From contig OZ246001.1 of NCBI GenBank assembly GCA_965230295.1, positions 2,560,001 through 2,624,000 of the forward strand: DNA of 64,000 nt, given 5' to 3'. Below the pieces are notes generated by a model, which did not search any database, was not told the origin of the DNA, and was given only the letters and a program-made list of their open reading frames with translations. Source of the stretch: Marinicella sp. (GTDB lineage Bacteria; Pseudomonadota; Gammaproteobacteria; Xanthomonadales; Marinicellaceae). Both the position numbers and the translations under genes were made by a program. Below, in pieces: positions 1 to 9,896 of this stretch; positions within the stretch are counted from its first letter, which is position 1, and every line of letters begins with the position of its first letter.

Positions 1-456
1 GTTAAACAAATTTTCATACAGGCTTTGCGGCGTATTCAATTCACCAGTCAGTTCAAGTGCAGCACCACCTATGCCTGGTTCTTCAGTCAAGTTAAAATCA
101 TCAGGACTGATTTGAGCGGCCTCAGTCAATCGACTGCCTAAGGCATTGAGTCTGGTGGAGTGGGCCATGAGTTTACCAATTTGTAAAGTCATGGAATCAA
201 TGTCATATTGAATGGATTGTTTATGATCAATCAGTTCTTGTTGGCTTTGATCAACCAGGGCTTGTAATTCGAGTATTTTTTCTTGGTTGTCATTGCTGTT
301 GCTGAAAAATGAAGCGCCTACCAGGGTGCCCAAGCTGATCAGCAATAAACTGAAAGCGGAAACGATTGTCAGTAATTTGATCTTAATTTTCTTATCACTC
401 AATGTGTATTGAACGATACCGGTTTTTTCTTGTTTTATTATTGTGAAATTATTCAT
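1..456 (-). CDS. M23 family metallopeptidase, N-terminal part (runs off window start)
   Basis: Manual translation MNNFTIIKQ... gives a TM helix, a coiled coil and RLNALGSRL..EEPGIGG. Divergent from a DUF721 gene, as in the usual dciA/M23/secA locus. Catalytic domain lies outside the window. Confidence 0.7.
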   Translation of the reverse strand, partial: MNNFTIIKQEKTGIVQYTLSDKKIKIKLLTIVSAFSLLLISLGTLVGASFFSNSNDNQEKILELQALVDQSQQELIDHKQSIQYDIDSMTLQIGKLMAHSTRLNALGSRLTEAAQISPDDFNLTEEPGIGGAALELTGELNTPQSLYENLFN

Positions 457-498
457 AAAAAACTTGCTTACTTCATTTAATAAGATTCAAATATCCCC

Positions 499-807
499 AT
501 GCGAAAATCCAAAGGATTCCACTCTATCAGCGACAGCATTTCTCAAGATAAAAGTTTATCTGGACTCATACAGCGTGCCAATCAGCTACAAAAGCTGAAT
601 CAAGAACTTCAATTGCGTTTGCCTGCCCAAGTCAAGGGTATGTGCCACTTGGCCAATATTAAGGGCGAAACAGCTGTTTTTATTTGTTATACGCAAATGG
701 AAGCCAGCAAAATCCGCATGTACAGCCGCAGCATTTTACAGATTATGCAGTCAGATTTCAAAATATCTGTGAAGAAACTACAGCTAAACGTTGAATTAAA
801 ACGCTGA
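499..807 (+). CDS. dciA: DUF721/DciA family helicase loader
   Basis: 102-aa basic protein with LPAQVKGMCHLANI..ASKIRM pattern; synteny with M23 peptidase. Confidence 0.7.
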   Translation: MRKSKGFHSISDSISQDKSLSGLIQRANQLQKLNQELQLRLPAQVKGMCHLANIKGETAVFICYTQMEASKIRMYSRSILQIMQSDFKISVKKLQLNVELKR

Positions 808-958
808 TTTCTGTGCTTTAACGATTTCTTAATACTTGAGGTGGGCCAAACCTCTTTGGCTTCATTATGCTGAAATGGCATAATTTCGAATCAAATTTGG
901 GCTGAATTGTTGTTGGTGTCAGTTTATAATGCCTAGCTGTTTCGCTATTTGACCTATT

Positions 959-1774
959 ATGAATTTAGAAGCCCAAATCAACGCCGCTTGGCAAGCCAAA
1001 ACTGATTTATCTCCAGCACAACTCAAGCAAGAGTTTGGCACTGACATTGAAGCCGCATTACAGGGACTTGAGTCTGGTTCTTTGCGTGTTTCAGAACCCA
1101 TCGGATCAGAATGGCAAGTCAATGAATGGTTAAAAAAAGCCGTGTTGTTGTATTTCACCATTGCTGACAATCAAGTGATGCCAGGTACCACGCACAATTA
1201 TTGGGACAAGGTACCTTGTCGATTCCAGGATGCCAAAGCTGAAGAGTTTCAGCGAACTGGTGCCAGGGTGGTACCACCGGCCACCGTTCGCCGCGGTGCC
1301 TTTTTAGGTCAAGGTGTGGTGTGTATGCCTTCCTATGTAAACATTGGTGCATATGTGGATGATGGCACCATGGTTGATACTTGGGCAACAGTGGGCAGTT
1401 GTGCCCAAATTGGCAAAAATGTTCACCTGTCTGGTGGTGTGGGCATTGGTGGTGTTTTGGAACCCTTGCAGGCAGCCCCCACCATCATTGAAGACGGTTG
1501 TTTTATCGGCGCACGCAGTGAAGTGGTTGAAGGGGTAAGAATTGGCAAAGGCAGTGTGATTTCAATGGGCGTGTTCATCGGCCAAAGTACCAAGATCTAT
1601 GACCGTGAAACCGATGAAATCACCTATGGCTATGTGCCTCCAGGGTCTGTGGTGGTGTCAGGAACCTTGCCAGCTCCCAATGGAAAATACGCCTTGGATT
1701 GTGCCGTCATCGTCAAGAAGGTTGATGAAAGGACTCGATCTAAAACTTCCATCAATGAACTGCTGCGCTCATGA
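959..1774 (+). CDS. dapD: 2,3,4,5-tetrahydropyridine-2,6-dicarboxylate N-succinyltransferase
   Basis: [53 protein letters not shown]. Confidence 0.98.
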   Translation: MNLEAQINAAWQAKTDLSPAQLKQEFGTDIEAALQGLESGSLRVSEPIGSEWQVNEWLKKAVLLYFTIADNQVMPGTTHNYWDKVPCRFQDAKAEEFQRTGARVVPPATVRRGAFLGQGVVCMPSYVNIGAYVDDGTMVDTWATVGSCAQIGKNVHLSGGVGIGGVLEPLQAAPTIIEDGCFIGARSEVVEGVRIGKGSVISMGVFIGQSTKIYDRETDEITYGYVPPGSVVVSGTLPAPNGKYALDCAVIVKKVDERTRSKTSINELLRS

Positions 1775-2070
1775 TCATTTACGGTATTAAAAATTGTGAC
1801 AAAGTCAGGGCCGCCATCAAACAAGCCACAGCCGATGGATTGGCACCCAAGTTACATGATTTTAGAGTGGATGGCCTGGATCAGACGATGGTTGATGACA
1901 TGTTAAAGGACATTGACATGGGGCAGTTGCTCAACAAAAGAAGTACCACCTGGAAGCAGTTGAGTGATGCCGAAAAAGAGCAGGTGACAGCCGCGACATT
2001 GGTCACCCACCCCACCTTGATTAAACGTCCAGTGGTCAAAGAAGCTGGACACTACAGGATAGGACTCTGA
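1771..2070 (+). CDS. ArsC/Spx/MgsR family protein (YffB-like)
   Basis: [10 protein letters not shown] and PTLIKRPV motifs; located between dapD and dapE. Confidence 0.9.
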   Translation: MIIYGIKNCDKVRAAIKQATADGLAPKLHDFRVDGLDQTMVDDMLKDIDMGQLLNKRSTTWKQLSDAEKEQVTAATLVTHPTLIKRPVVKEAGHYRIGL

Positions 2071-2073
2071 ATC

Positions 2074-3222
2074 ATGGAACCAGAAGTCATTACACTGGCT
2101 AAACAATTGATTCAAAAACCATCGTACACACCTGATGATGCCGGCTGTCAGCCGTTGTTGATGAACCGCTTGGGTGGACAGGGGTTTCAAGGGGAACACC
2201 ACCGCTTTGGCGAGGTCGATAATGTGTTGATGTGGCATGGCGACCAACCAGGTCCAGCTTTGCTGTTTTTAGGCCACACCGATGTGGTACCGCCAGGTGA
2301 TGTGGCCGCTTGGACCCATGATCCATTGGCAGCCCATGTTGAGTCTGGGGTTTTGTATGGGCGTGGTGTGGCAGACATGAAAGGATCGATTGCAGCCATG
2401 GTATTGGCGATGGAAAAATTCATTGGACAGCATCCCAACCACCCAGGCAAAATTGCTTTGATGCTGACCAGTGATGAAGAAGGTGTAGCTGTAGATGGGG
2501 TGAAAAAATTCATGCCTTTGATGGCCGAAAAACACCACTTCGATTACTGTCTGGTGGGAGAGCCCAGCAGTTCAAAAGAATTGGGTGATACAGTCCGCGT
2601 CGGTCGCCGAGGATCCTTACATGTGATCATTAAAATCAAAGGCAAGCAAGGGCATGTGGCTTATCCACAAAACGCGGCCAATCCCGTATTCCTGGCTGCC
2701 GAAGCCATCAACCAAATGGGCCAGTTTGAATGGGATCAGGGCAATGCTGATTTTCCACCCACCAGTTTTCAGGTGTCTAACATCCAGGCAGGCACAGGCG
2801 TGCCTAACATCATCCCTGGGGAGTTGGTCATTACCGCCAATTTCAGGTATGCACCGACTTCAACTCAGGAGTCATTAAGTCGGCAGTTATGCCAATTGCT
2901 GGACACCTATATGGTGGCACCGCATGGCATCCAATACGAATTGGAATGGCAACTGTCAGGGGAACCTTTTCATTGCCAGAATGAAGCGTACAAACAAGCT
3001 TTGGCTGCCTCAATCAAGTCAATAACCGGAATAAAACCTGAATTCAATACGGCAGGCGGTACCTCAGATGGTCGTTTTGTGGCCCCACATGGCATTGCCA
3101 CCATGGAATTGGGACCCATCAACAAAACCATCCATCAAGTGAATGAGTGCGAAAAAATCAGCCATCTGGTGCAATTGGAAAACATTTATTTGGACTTGAT
3201 CAACAGATTGTTGATGTCATGA
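2074..3222 (+). CDS. dapE: succinyl-diaminopimelate desuccinylase
   Basis: GHTDVVPPG, GRGVADMKG, TSDEEG, GRRGSL, GGTSDGRF, TIHQVNE. Confidence 0.97.
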   Translation: MEPEVITLAKQLIQKPSYTPDDAGCQPLLMNRLGGQGFQGEHHRFGEVDNVLMWHGDQPGPALLFLGHTDVVPPGDVAAWTHDPLAAHVESGVLYGRGVADMKGSIAAMVLAMEKFIGQHPNHPGKIALMLTSDEEGVAVDGVKKFMPLMAEKHHFDYCLVGEPSSSKELGDTVRVGRRGSLHVIIKIKGKQGHVAYPQNAANPVFLAAEAINQMGQFEWDQGNADFPPTSFQVSNIQAGTGVPNIIPGELVITANFRYAPTSTQESLSRQLCQLLDTYMVAPHGIQYELEWQLSGEPFHCQNEAYKQALAASIKSITGIKPEFNTAGGTSDGRFVAPHGIATMELGPINKTIHQVNECEKISHLVQLENIYLDLINRLLMS

Positions 3223-4196
3223 GTGGTGCTTTAGATCGTCGCCTGTCAGTGGCTCCGATGTTGGATTGGACCGATCGCCATTGTCGGTATTTTCATCGGC
3301 TGATTTCTGATCGGGTATTGCTGTACACAGAAATGGTGACCTGTCCTGCCATTTTAAGGGGCGATCGAGACAAGTACATCGGATTTTCACCGCAAGAAAA
3401 TCCGGTGGCTTTACAGCTGGGAGGCAGTGATGCCGATGATTTGGCAGCCTGTGCCAAAATCGCTGAAGACATGGGGTATGCTGAAATCAATTTGAATGTC
3501 GGTTGTCCCAGCGATCGGGTGCAGAAAGGCCGCTTTGGAGCTTGCTTGATGAAAGAACCAGCATTGGTGGCAGACTGTTTTGCAGCCATGCAAGATGCCG
3601 TCACGATACCTGTCACCATCAAGTCCAGAATTGGTGTCGATGATGATGACTCTTATGCATCGTTCACTGGGTTTATCAAGACCGTGAAAGTCGCCGGTTG
3701 TGACACCTTCATCATCCATGCCCGCAAAGCGATACTGAAAGGACTGAGTCCCAAACAAAACAGGTCTGTTCCGCCACTGAAATATCATTATGCTTATGAC
3801 ATCAAAGCGGACAACCCTGATTTGAACATCATCCTCAATGGTGGCATCGACGATGTCAACGAGGCAATCAAACACATGGAGCAGGTTGATGGTATCATGG
3901 TTGGCCGGGCCTTTTGGAATGCGCCTTGGTTGATCAGAGACATGCATGAAGCGTTGGATTTAGGTCTACAACAAACTGGCAGGGATGAGGTGTTGTTGGC
4001 GTATATGGATTATTGTGAACAGATGATTCAACAGGGGTTGAGTTTACATTGGTTGATCAGGCCCATACTGGGTTTGTATCATGGCTTCCCTGGCAATAAA
4101 AAGTGGAAGTCGCATTTAGTTACCGAGGCGCCGCGCAGAAAAACAGATGTGAGCGTCATCAAAGAAGCAAGAAATTGGGTGAATTATGTTAGTTAA
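3219..4196 (+). CDS. dusA: tRNA dihydrouridine(20/20a) synthase
   Basis: SVAPMLDWTDRHCRYF, NLNVGCPSDRVQ.GRFGACLM, IHARKAIL.GLSPKQNR; start moved to the ATG overlapping the dapE stop. Confidence 0.95.
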   Translation: MSGALDRRLSVAPMLDWTDRHCRYFHRLISDRVLLYTEMVTCPAILRGDRDKYIGFSPQENPVALQLGGSDADDLAACAKIAEDMGYAEINLNVGCPSDRVQKGRFGACLMKEPALVADCFAAMQDAVTIPVTIKSRIGVDDDDSYASFTGFIKTVKVAGCDTFIIHARKAILKGLSPKQNRSVPPLKYHYAYDIKADNPDLNIILNGGIDDVNEAIKHMEQVDGIMVGRAFWNAPWLIRDMHEALDLGLQQTGRDEVLLAYMDYCEQMIQQGLSLHWLIRPILGLYHGFPGNKKWKSHLVTEAPRRKTDVSVIKEARNWVNYVS

Positions 4197-5106
4197 ATCA
4201 GTTGAAGCATTCAAAGCGGCCACCGCTGAAAATTCTTTTCCTATCAAACAAGCTGGCAGCATGAAAGCCGCTTTTATGGTCAGTCCGGTGGGTTTTCGTT
4301 TGGACCAACAAACCGCACAAGACAATGAATACATGTTGATGGACCAACAAGTGGACGTCAAATTGGCCATGTATCAACACCAACAGTTGGCCAGGGCCAT
4401 CACCGACGTGGGTGTGCCGGTGATCACCTTTCCTGGTTCTGCTGAAACCCCCGATGCAGTGTTTCCAAACAATGCCTTTGCCACCACACACAACAACCGC
4501 TATGTGATTGGCTCGATGAAATATGACAACCGCCAGAAAGAAACCGAACGGGCTGACATACGTCAGTTTTTCGGGGAGCTGTTGGGTTACGAAAAATATG
4601 AAATCGATCATGACGAAGCGGTCGCCGAGTTAACAGGGGTTCTGGTGCCAGACAGGGCCAGAAATGTGGGTTTTGTTGGTATGACTGAACGGGTGGATGA
4701 TGCTGGTGCCGTGGCCCTGGATGAGGCGTTTGCGACCGATTTGATGTTCCAGTTTGATTTGGCGCCAGGTGAGTACCACACCAATGTGGTGATGGCTTGT
4801 TTAGCCGGTAAAGCTTGTGTGATTCATAAAGATTCTTTTGCTGACCCAGCTGTGGTGGATGCCATTGCTGCCTTTTATCAGGACCGGACTTTGTTCATCA
4901 ATGATGCTGAAAAGTTGGCTTTTGCGGGCAATTGTATTTCGATCACTGATAAGGATGTGTTTTTCAGCCAAACGGCGTTTGATGCATTGAATGCGGATTC
5001 GAAGGCCAAGTTGGAATCATGGGGGTTTGTGTTGCATGGCGTCGACGTGTCCGAGTTGGAAAAGGCGGGAGGGAGCCTCCGCTGCATGATCGGCGAAATC
5101 TTCTGA
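4186..5106 (+). CDS. amidinotransferase / arginine deiminase-related (CtlX-like) hydrolase
   Basis: TPDAVFPNN, YHTNV, ELEKAGGSLRCM with catalytic Cys. Confidence 0.88.
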   Translation: MLVKSVEAFKAATAENSFPIKQAGSMKAAFMVSPVGFRLDQQTAQDNEYMLMDQQVDVKLAMYQHQQLARAITDVGVPVITFPGSAETPDAVFPNNAFATTHNNRYVIGSMKYDNRQKETERADIRQFFGELLGYEKYEIDHDEAVAELTGVLVPDRARNVGFVGMTERVDDAGAVALDEAFATDLMFQFDLAPGEYHTNVVMACLAGKACVIHKDSFADPAVVDAIAAFYQDRTLFINDAEKLAFAGNCISITDKDVFFSQTAFDALNADSKAKLESWGFVLHGVDVSELEKAGGSLRCMIGEIF

Positions 5107-5229
5107 GGACGATTTTGGGAGGCAATCTCGGCGTTGGATTGGGCTTCGAGACAGTCACGCACACCAGAGTGCGCTCCTGCCTTCTCAGCCAAATCCGCCT
5201 TGACCTTGCCATCCAAAATACGCCCACAG
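5103..5229. mobile_element. 127-bp ERIC/IRU-like palindromic MITE-type element
   Basis: Long imperfect hairpin with terminal inverted repeats (ctgaggacgattttgg / ccaaaatacgcccacag). Contains GCGTTGG, CAGTCAC, GCTCCTG and CCGCCTT in ERIC order. Confidence 0.7.
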
Positions 5230-5241
5230 GACTAATAGGAA

Positions 5242-5389
5242 CGTCATCCTGAGCGCAGCCGAAGGATCTCCCAAAGCTGTCGAGATCGTGGATAAGTCAC
5301 TATCCAGTCATCATGAGATCTTTCGACTCCACTGCGTTACGCTCAAGATGACAGTGCCTCGTCATCCTGAGCGCAGCCGAAGGATCTCC
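5242..5389. repeat. CGTC-type REP cluster: two identical 30-bp direct copies plus one inverted degenerate copy
   Basis: cgtcatcctgagcgcagccgaaggatctcc at 5242-5271 and 5360-5389; inverted copy gagatctttcg...cgctcaagatgac at 5315-5352. Confidence 0.85.
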
Positions 5390-5575
5390 GCAAGTTCACG
5401 TGATCTTTTCCTTCATTCTCAAGTATCGATGACCTACAATAAGATTTGAATATCAATCGTGAAAGATTAGCGGGAATGGGCTTATTAGGTTGCATTCATA
5501 TTCATGCACCACTAATAAATCATTGGGTTACAGTCGCGCATCAAGCATGTATGTTAATTATTTTAAAGAAAAGTC

Positions 5576-6418
5576 ATGACCCTCGTTGTTTCTTGGACTA
5601 GGAAAACCAATACTGGCCGTGAACTCTGGGTTATGTCAGACAGTAGACTTAGTGGTGGAAAATGCTGGGATTATGGACCGAAGGTATTCGGAATAGGCCG
5701 TAGTGATGCAGTTATCGCATTTGCTGGGGATACAGCATGGACTTATCCTTTAATCGCACAGATTACATCTTATGTAGAGTCATTTGTTAACTTACGTGAG
5801 AGGGTAATTGATTTTATTGATGCCCAAGAAAGAATAATTAAGGTGCTTAACGAGTCACTTGATTTTGTGTCTGATGCAGCATGTGAGTCAGAAGAAGTGC
5901 CTGATTGTAAATTCATAATTGCTGGGTACTCTGCTAGAAAGCAATGTTTTATCCTAAATAAAATAATTTTTCACTCTAAACGAAAAAAATTTGAAAAAAG
6001 GTCTGCAAAAAACATCAATGATGAATTATTTGCTGTTATTGGTGATGACATGCCTGTTAGTGCCATTTCTCATCGCATATCTGAAATTGAGAAACAGTAC
6101 ACTGGTACTGACTTTAAACTTGATATGGTACCTTCCGAAGCATTTTTTGAAATTTTATCATCAGATACCTTTCGAGAAATTGGTGGTGCACCACAACTAA
6201 CTAAGGTATATCAGAATATGAACCAAAAACACTTCGGTGTTTACTGGCCTCCTGAACGGCCTATCAAGGAACAAAAAATTTATCTTCGTGGTCGTGAGAT
6301 TGGTAAATATGAGGTTCTAGATCATCCATGGGTATTTGACCCTTCAGAAGGTAAACTTTACTGGCATGATTTTTCGCCTGATGAGATGAGAGCTAAATCA
6401 AATGCAGAAAAAAACTAG
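5576..6418 (+). CDS. hypothetical protein with proteasome beta-subunit-like (Ntn-hydrolase) fold, likely horizontally acquired
   Basis: Thr directly after Met, SDSR, K35, AFAG, FIIAGY, IGG motifs; visibly AT-richer than neighbours. Confidence 0.65.
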   Translation: MTLVVSWTRKTNTGRELWVMSDSRLSGGKCWDYGPKVFGIGRSDAVIAFAGDTAWTYPLIAQITSYVESFVNLRERVIDFIDAQERIIKVLNESLDFVSDAACESEEVPDCKFIIAGYSARKQCFILNKIIFHSKRKKFEKRSAKNINDELFAVIGDDMPVSAISHRISEIEKQYTGTDFKLDMVPSEAFFEILSSDTFREIGGAPQLTKVYQNMNQKHFGVYWPPERPIKEQKIYLRGREIGKYEVLDHPWVFDPSEGKLYWHDFSPDEMRAKSNAEKN

Positions 6419-6492
6419 TTTCCTTAGAAAGAATAAAGTAGCCTAACGTTATTTTTTTCAAGTCTATACTTTGCTCGATTCACTACGAGAAT

Positions 6493-6903
6493 TCAAAACC
6501 ACCCAATGATCCCGCCCATCAGTACAAGGGCGACGGTGGAATAGCCGGCGTTGATCAGCAGGATTTTCAGGCCCCTGCCTTCAAAGGCGTAGTGGATGCC
6601 CATAAAGGTGGTGATGAAACCCAGGCCTATGACCAGGCCAGTCATGGCGCCCATGTGTATATCGGCATCAGGGCCGACCAGCATGCCCATGACAATGGCA
6701 GCGATCAAGGTCCAAACGATGGCGGTGCCGAAGACTTTGCCAGGGTGTCGTTTACCCAATTCTTCCTCAGAGAAACCAAAGGCCTTGAGCCAGGGTTTGC
6801 TGAATAGGGGGCCGTACCAAATGCCTCCCAGGACAAATGCCGATGCGGTAGCGATCAGGATGGCCAACCAATTGAGTTGGGCCAAATCAAAATGTAAATG
6901 CAT
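6493..6903 (-). CDS. DUF1761 membrane protein
   Basis: NWLAIL.AT..AFVLGGIWYGPLF..PW and LINAGY pattern; four TM segments. Confidence 0.85.
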   Translation of the reverse strand: MHLHFDLAQLNWLAILIATASAFVLGGIWYGPLFSKPWLKAFGFSEEELGKRHPGKVFGTAIVWTLIAAIVMGMLVGPDADIHMGAMTGLVIGLGFITTFMGIHYAFEGRGLKILLINAGYSTVALVLMGGIIGWF

Positions 6904-6966
6904 GCTTTTCACCTTTGTTCAAAGGTAAACATTATAACCAATTTGATTCAGTATCTTTTTTAGCGA

Positions 6967-8784
6967 TCAGGCTTCTCTGCTGGCACGTTTGCGTTCGTGT
7001 TCCAACAGGTGTTTTTTACGGATTCTGATTTCATCTGGTGTGACTTCAACCAGTTCATCATCTTCGATGAACTCCATGGACTGTTCTAAAGTCATTTGGA
7101 TCGGTGTGACCAGATTAATGGCATCGTCTTTGCCTGAAGCCCGTACGTTGGTCAATTGTTTCCCTTTCAAAGGGTTGACCGTCAAATCATTGTCTCTGGA
7201 GTGAATACCGATCACCTGACCTTCATAGACTTCTACATTGGCATCAATCAACATGCGGCCACGCTCTTGTAAATTAAACAACGCATAACCCAGTGCTTTA
7301 CCTGTACCTTTGGAAATCAACACGCCGTTTTTACGGCTGCGTTCAATGGTGTTGAGTTTGCGGCCATAGTGATCGAACACATGGGTCAGAATCCCTGAAC
7401 CTGAGGTGGTGGTTTTGAATTCTGATTGGTAACCGATCAGGCCACGAGCAGGGATGGTGAAGTTCAGTCTGACTCGGCCGGTTGCATCAGGAACGATGTC
7501 TTTGACCTCGGCACGACGACCCAACAGTTGTTCCATCACTGAACCTTGGTGTTCTTGTTCAATGTCAACCACCAGGTCTTCATAAGGTTCACACATTTGC
7601 CCATCAATTTCACGGTAGATCACTTGCGGTCTGGAGATGGCCAATTCGAAGCCTTCTCTGCGCATGGTTTCGATCAATACCGACAAGTGTAATTCGCCAC
7701 GACCCGAGACTTTGAATTGATCCGAGTTGGCAGTGTCTTCCACCCGCAATGCCACGTTGTAGGTGGTTTCACGTTCTAAACGGTCTTTGATTTGTCGAGA
7801 AGTCAGGAACTTGCCACTTTTCCCGGCAAAAGGGGAGTCATTGACACAAAACAACATGGAGATGGTGGGTTCATCAACGGTCAAAGGCGGCAAGGCTTCG
7901 ACATGATCGCGGTTACACAAAGTGTCTGAGATGCCAATGCCATCGATGCCTGAAATCGCCACAATGTCGCCAGCCGAGGCTTCATTGACTTCAATGCGTT
8001 CTAAGCCTTTGAAGCCAAATATTTTCAGGATTCGCCCATTCCTGGTCTGACCTTCTGAATCAATCACTGTCACTGGTGTATTGGTTTTAACCGCACCTTT
8101 TTTGATGCGTCCTATGCCAATCAAACCTAAAAATGAATTGTAGTCTAAGGTCGATACCTGCATCTGAAAAGGTGCTGCAATGTCCACATCGGGCGGGCTG
8201 ACTTTCTGGGTGATGGTTTCAAACAACGGGCGCATGTCGCCGCTGCGGTTTTCATCGTCTTCAGAAGCATAGCCGTTGATGGCTGAGGCGTAAATGATCG
8301 GGAAATCCAACTGCTCATCAGTGGCACCCAGCGAATCGAACAAATCAAAAGTCTGGTCAATCACCCATTGGATTCTGGCTCCGTCACGATCCACTTTGTT
8401 GACTACTACCACGGGTGTGAAGCCCATTTCGAAAGCTTTTTGAGTCACAAAACGGGTTTGCGGCATGGGACCATCAACTGCGTCAACCAACAACAACACG
8501 GAGTCAACCATACTCAAAACGCGTTCAACCTCACCACCAAAATCGGCATGGCCCGGGGTGTCAACAATGTTGATTTTGTAGCCTTCCCATTCAATGGAGG
8601 TGTTCTTGGACAAGATGGTGATGCCACGCTCTTTCTCCAAGTCGTTGGAGTCCATCAATCGATTGGGGTCATCGGCACGATCACCCAGGGTTCCGGACTG
8701 TTTCAACAGTTCATCAACCAAAGTGGTTTTACCGTGGTCAACGTGAGCAATGATTGCGATGTTTCTGATTTTTTCTGTAGACAT
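6967..8784 (-). CDS. typA: translational GTPase TypA/BipA
   Basis: [49 protein letters not shown]. Confidence 0.99.
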   Translation of the reverse strand: MSTEKIRNIAIIAHVDHGKTTLVDELLKQSGTLGDRADDPNRLMDSNDLEKERGITILSKNTSIEWEGYKINIVDTPGHADFGGEVERVLSMVDSVLLLVDAVDGPMPQTRFVTQKAFEMGFTPVVVVNKVDRDGARIQWVIDQTFDLFDSLGATDEQLDFPIIYASAINGYASEDDENRSGDMRPLFETITQKVSPPDVDIAAPFQMQVSTLDYNSFLGLIGIGRIKKGAVKTNTPVTVIDSEGQTRNGRILKIFGFKGLERIEVNEASAGDIVAISGIDGIGISDTLCNRDHVEALPPLTVDEPTISMLFCVNDSPFAGKSGKFLTSRQIKDRLERETTYNVALRVEDTANSDQFKVSGRGELHLSVLIETMRREGFELAISRPQVIYREIDGQMCEPYEDLVVDIEQEHQGSVMEQLLGRRAEVKDIVPDATGRVRLNFTIPARGLIGYQSEFKTTTSGSGILTHVFDHYGRKLNTIERSRKNGVLISKGTGKALGYALFNLQERGRMLIDANVEVYEGQVIGIHSRDNDLTVNPLKGKQLTNVRASGKDDAINLVTPIQMTLEQSMEFIEDDELVEVTPDEIRIRKKHLLEHERKRASREA

Positions 8785-8987
8785 GGAAGTGCCAGCGCTT
8801 TAAAAGCCGCGCATTATAGCTTAAACAACAGCATGAAATGCGGTCTTTTGCGGCAGATCCGAGGATTTTGCTGGATATTTACTCATTAATGACCTTCAGC
8901 ATGCTTGTAGAATGGAAAATTGCACTTATTATTGTCTGCATGGTCTATATAATAGATTTTAAACATTATTTAATCAGGTAAATATTT

Positions 8988-9890
8988 ATGAAAAGAGTAC
9001 TCTTATTTGTGGCCACTAACATTGCCATCTTAGCGGTCATTTCAGTGGTGATGCGAATTTTTGGATTCGACAGTTATTTGACTCAGAATGGCTTGGATTA
9101 TCGCGCTTTGGCTGTGTTTTCAATCCTGTGGGGATCGATCGGCTCCTTCATTTCATTGGCCATGTCTAAATGGATCGCAAAACGGTCCATGGGGGTTCAA
9201 GTGATTGAGCAACCGCGCAATGCCGATGAACAATGGTTGGTGGACACCGTTAAGAGACAGGCTCAGGATGCCGGTATTGGCATGCCTGAAGTGGGTGTGT
9301 TCAATTCACCCAGCCCCAATGCATTTGCCACGGGCATGAAAAGAAACGATGCCTTGGTTGCGGTCAGCACAGGTTTATTACAAACCATGGAAAAAAGGGA
9401 AGTGGAAGCAGTTTTGGGCCATGAAGTGGCGCATGTGGCCAACGGTGACATGGTGACCATGGCTTTGATTCAGGGCATTTTAAATGCCTTTGTGATTTTC
9501 TTCTCGAGGGTCATAGGTTATGCAATAGCTGCAGCAACTCGCGATGAACGTGGTGGCGGTTATGGCATGGGCTATTTTATTGGTACCATCATTGCACAAA
9601 TCATTTTGGGCTTTCTGGCGGCCATCATCATCAATTCATTCTCCAGGTGGCGTGAGTTCCATGCCGATGAAGGCGGGGCGAGACTGGCAGGCAACCAAAA
9701 CATGATTGATGCGTTGAAAGCATTGCAGCGAAATTCCAGGACTGAAAAGTTAGAAGGTGAGTTTGCTGCTTTTGGCATCTCTGGCGGTAAAGCCACTTTG
9801 GCCAAATTGTTTTCCACCCACCCGCCTTTGGAAGACCGCATTGCTGCATTGGAAAAAGCCCAATATGGTGACAACACCGTGATCAGCTGA
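8988..9890 (+). CDS. htpX: membrane zinc metalloprotease HtpX
   Basis: PNAFATG, HEVAHVANGDMVTM, FSRWREFHAD, STHPPLEDRI. Confidence 0.97.
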   Translation: MKRVLLFVATNIAILAVISVVMRIFGFDSYLTQNGLDYRALAVFSILWGSIGSFISLAMSKWIAKRSMGVQVIEQPRNADEQWLVDTVKRQAQDAGIGMPEVGVFNSPSPNAFATGMKRNDALVAVSTGLLQTMEKREVEAVLGHEVAHVANGDMVTMALIQGILNAFVIFFSRVIGYAIAAATRDERGGGYGMGYFIGTIIAQIILGFLAAIIINSFSRWREFHADEGGARLAGNQNMIDALKALQRNSRTEKLEGEFAAFGISGGKATLAKLFSTHPPLEDRIAALEKAQYGDNTVIS

Positions 9891-9896
9891 TCGATC

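Noticed and set aside
4878-5252. ORFs 4878-5216, 4964-5227 and 5019-5252
   Set aside because: Shadow frames over the amidinotransferase 3' end and the palindromic element; no RBS or protein motifs.
5242-5389. Two identical 30-bp repeats as a mini CRISPR array
   Set aside because: The 88-bp spacer contains an inverted copy of the repeat, there are only two direct units and no cas genes; this fits a REP cluster.
5540-6492. Orphan gene as an integron cassette (GCCTAAC at 6441-6447 resembles an attC inverse core)
   Set aside because: No complementary GTTRRRY core or attC stem at a suitable distance and no integrase; at most a remnant.
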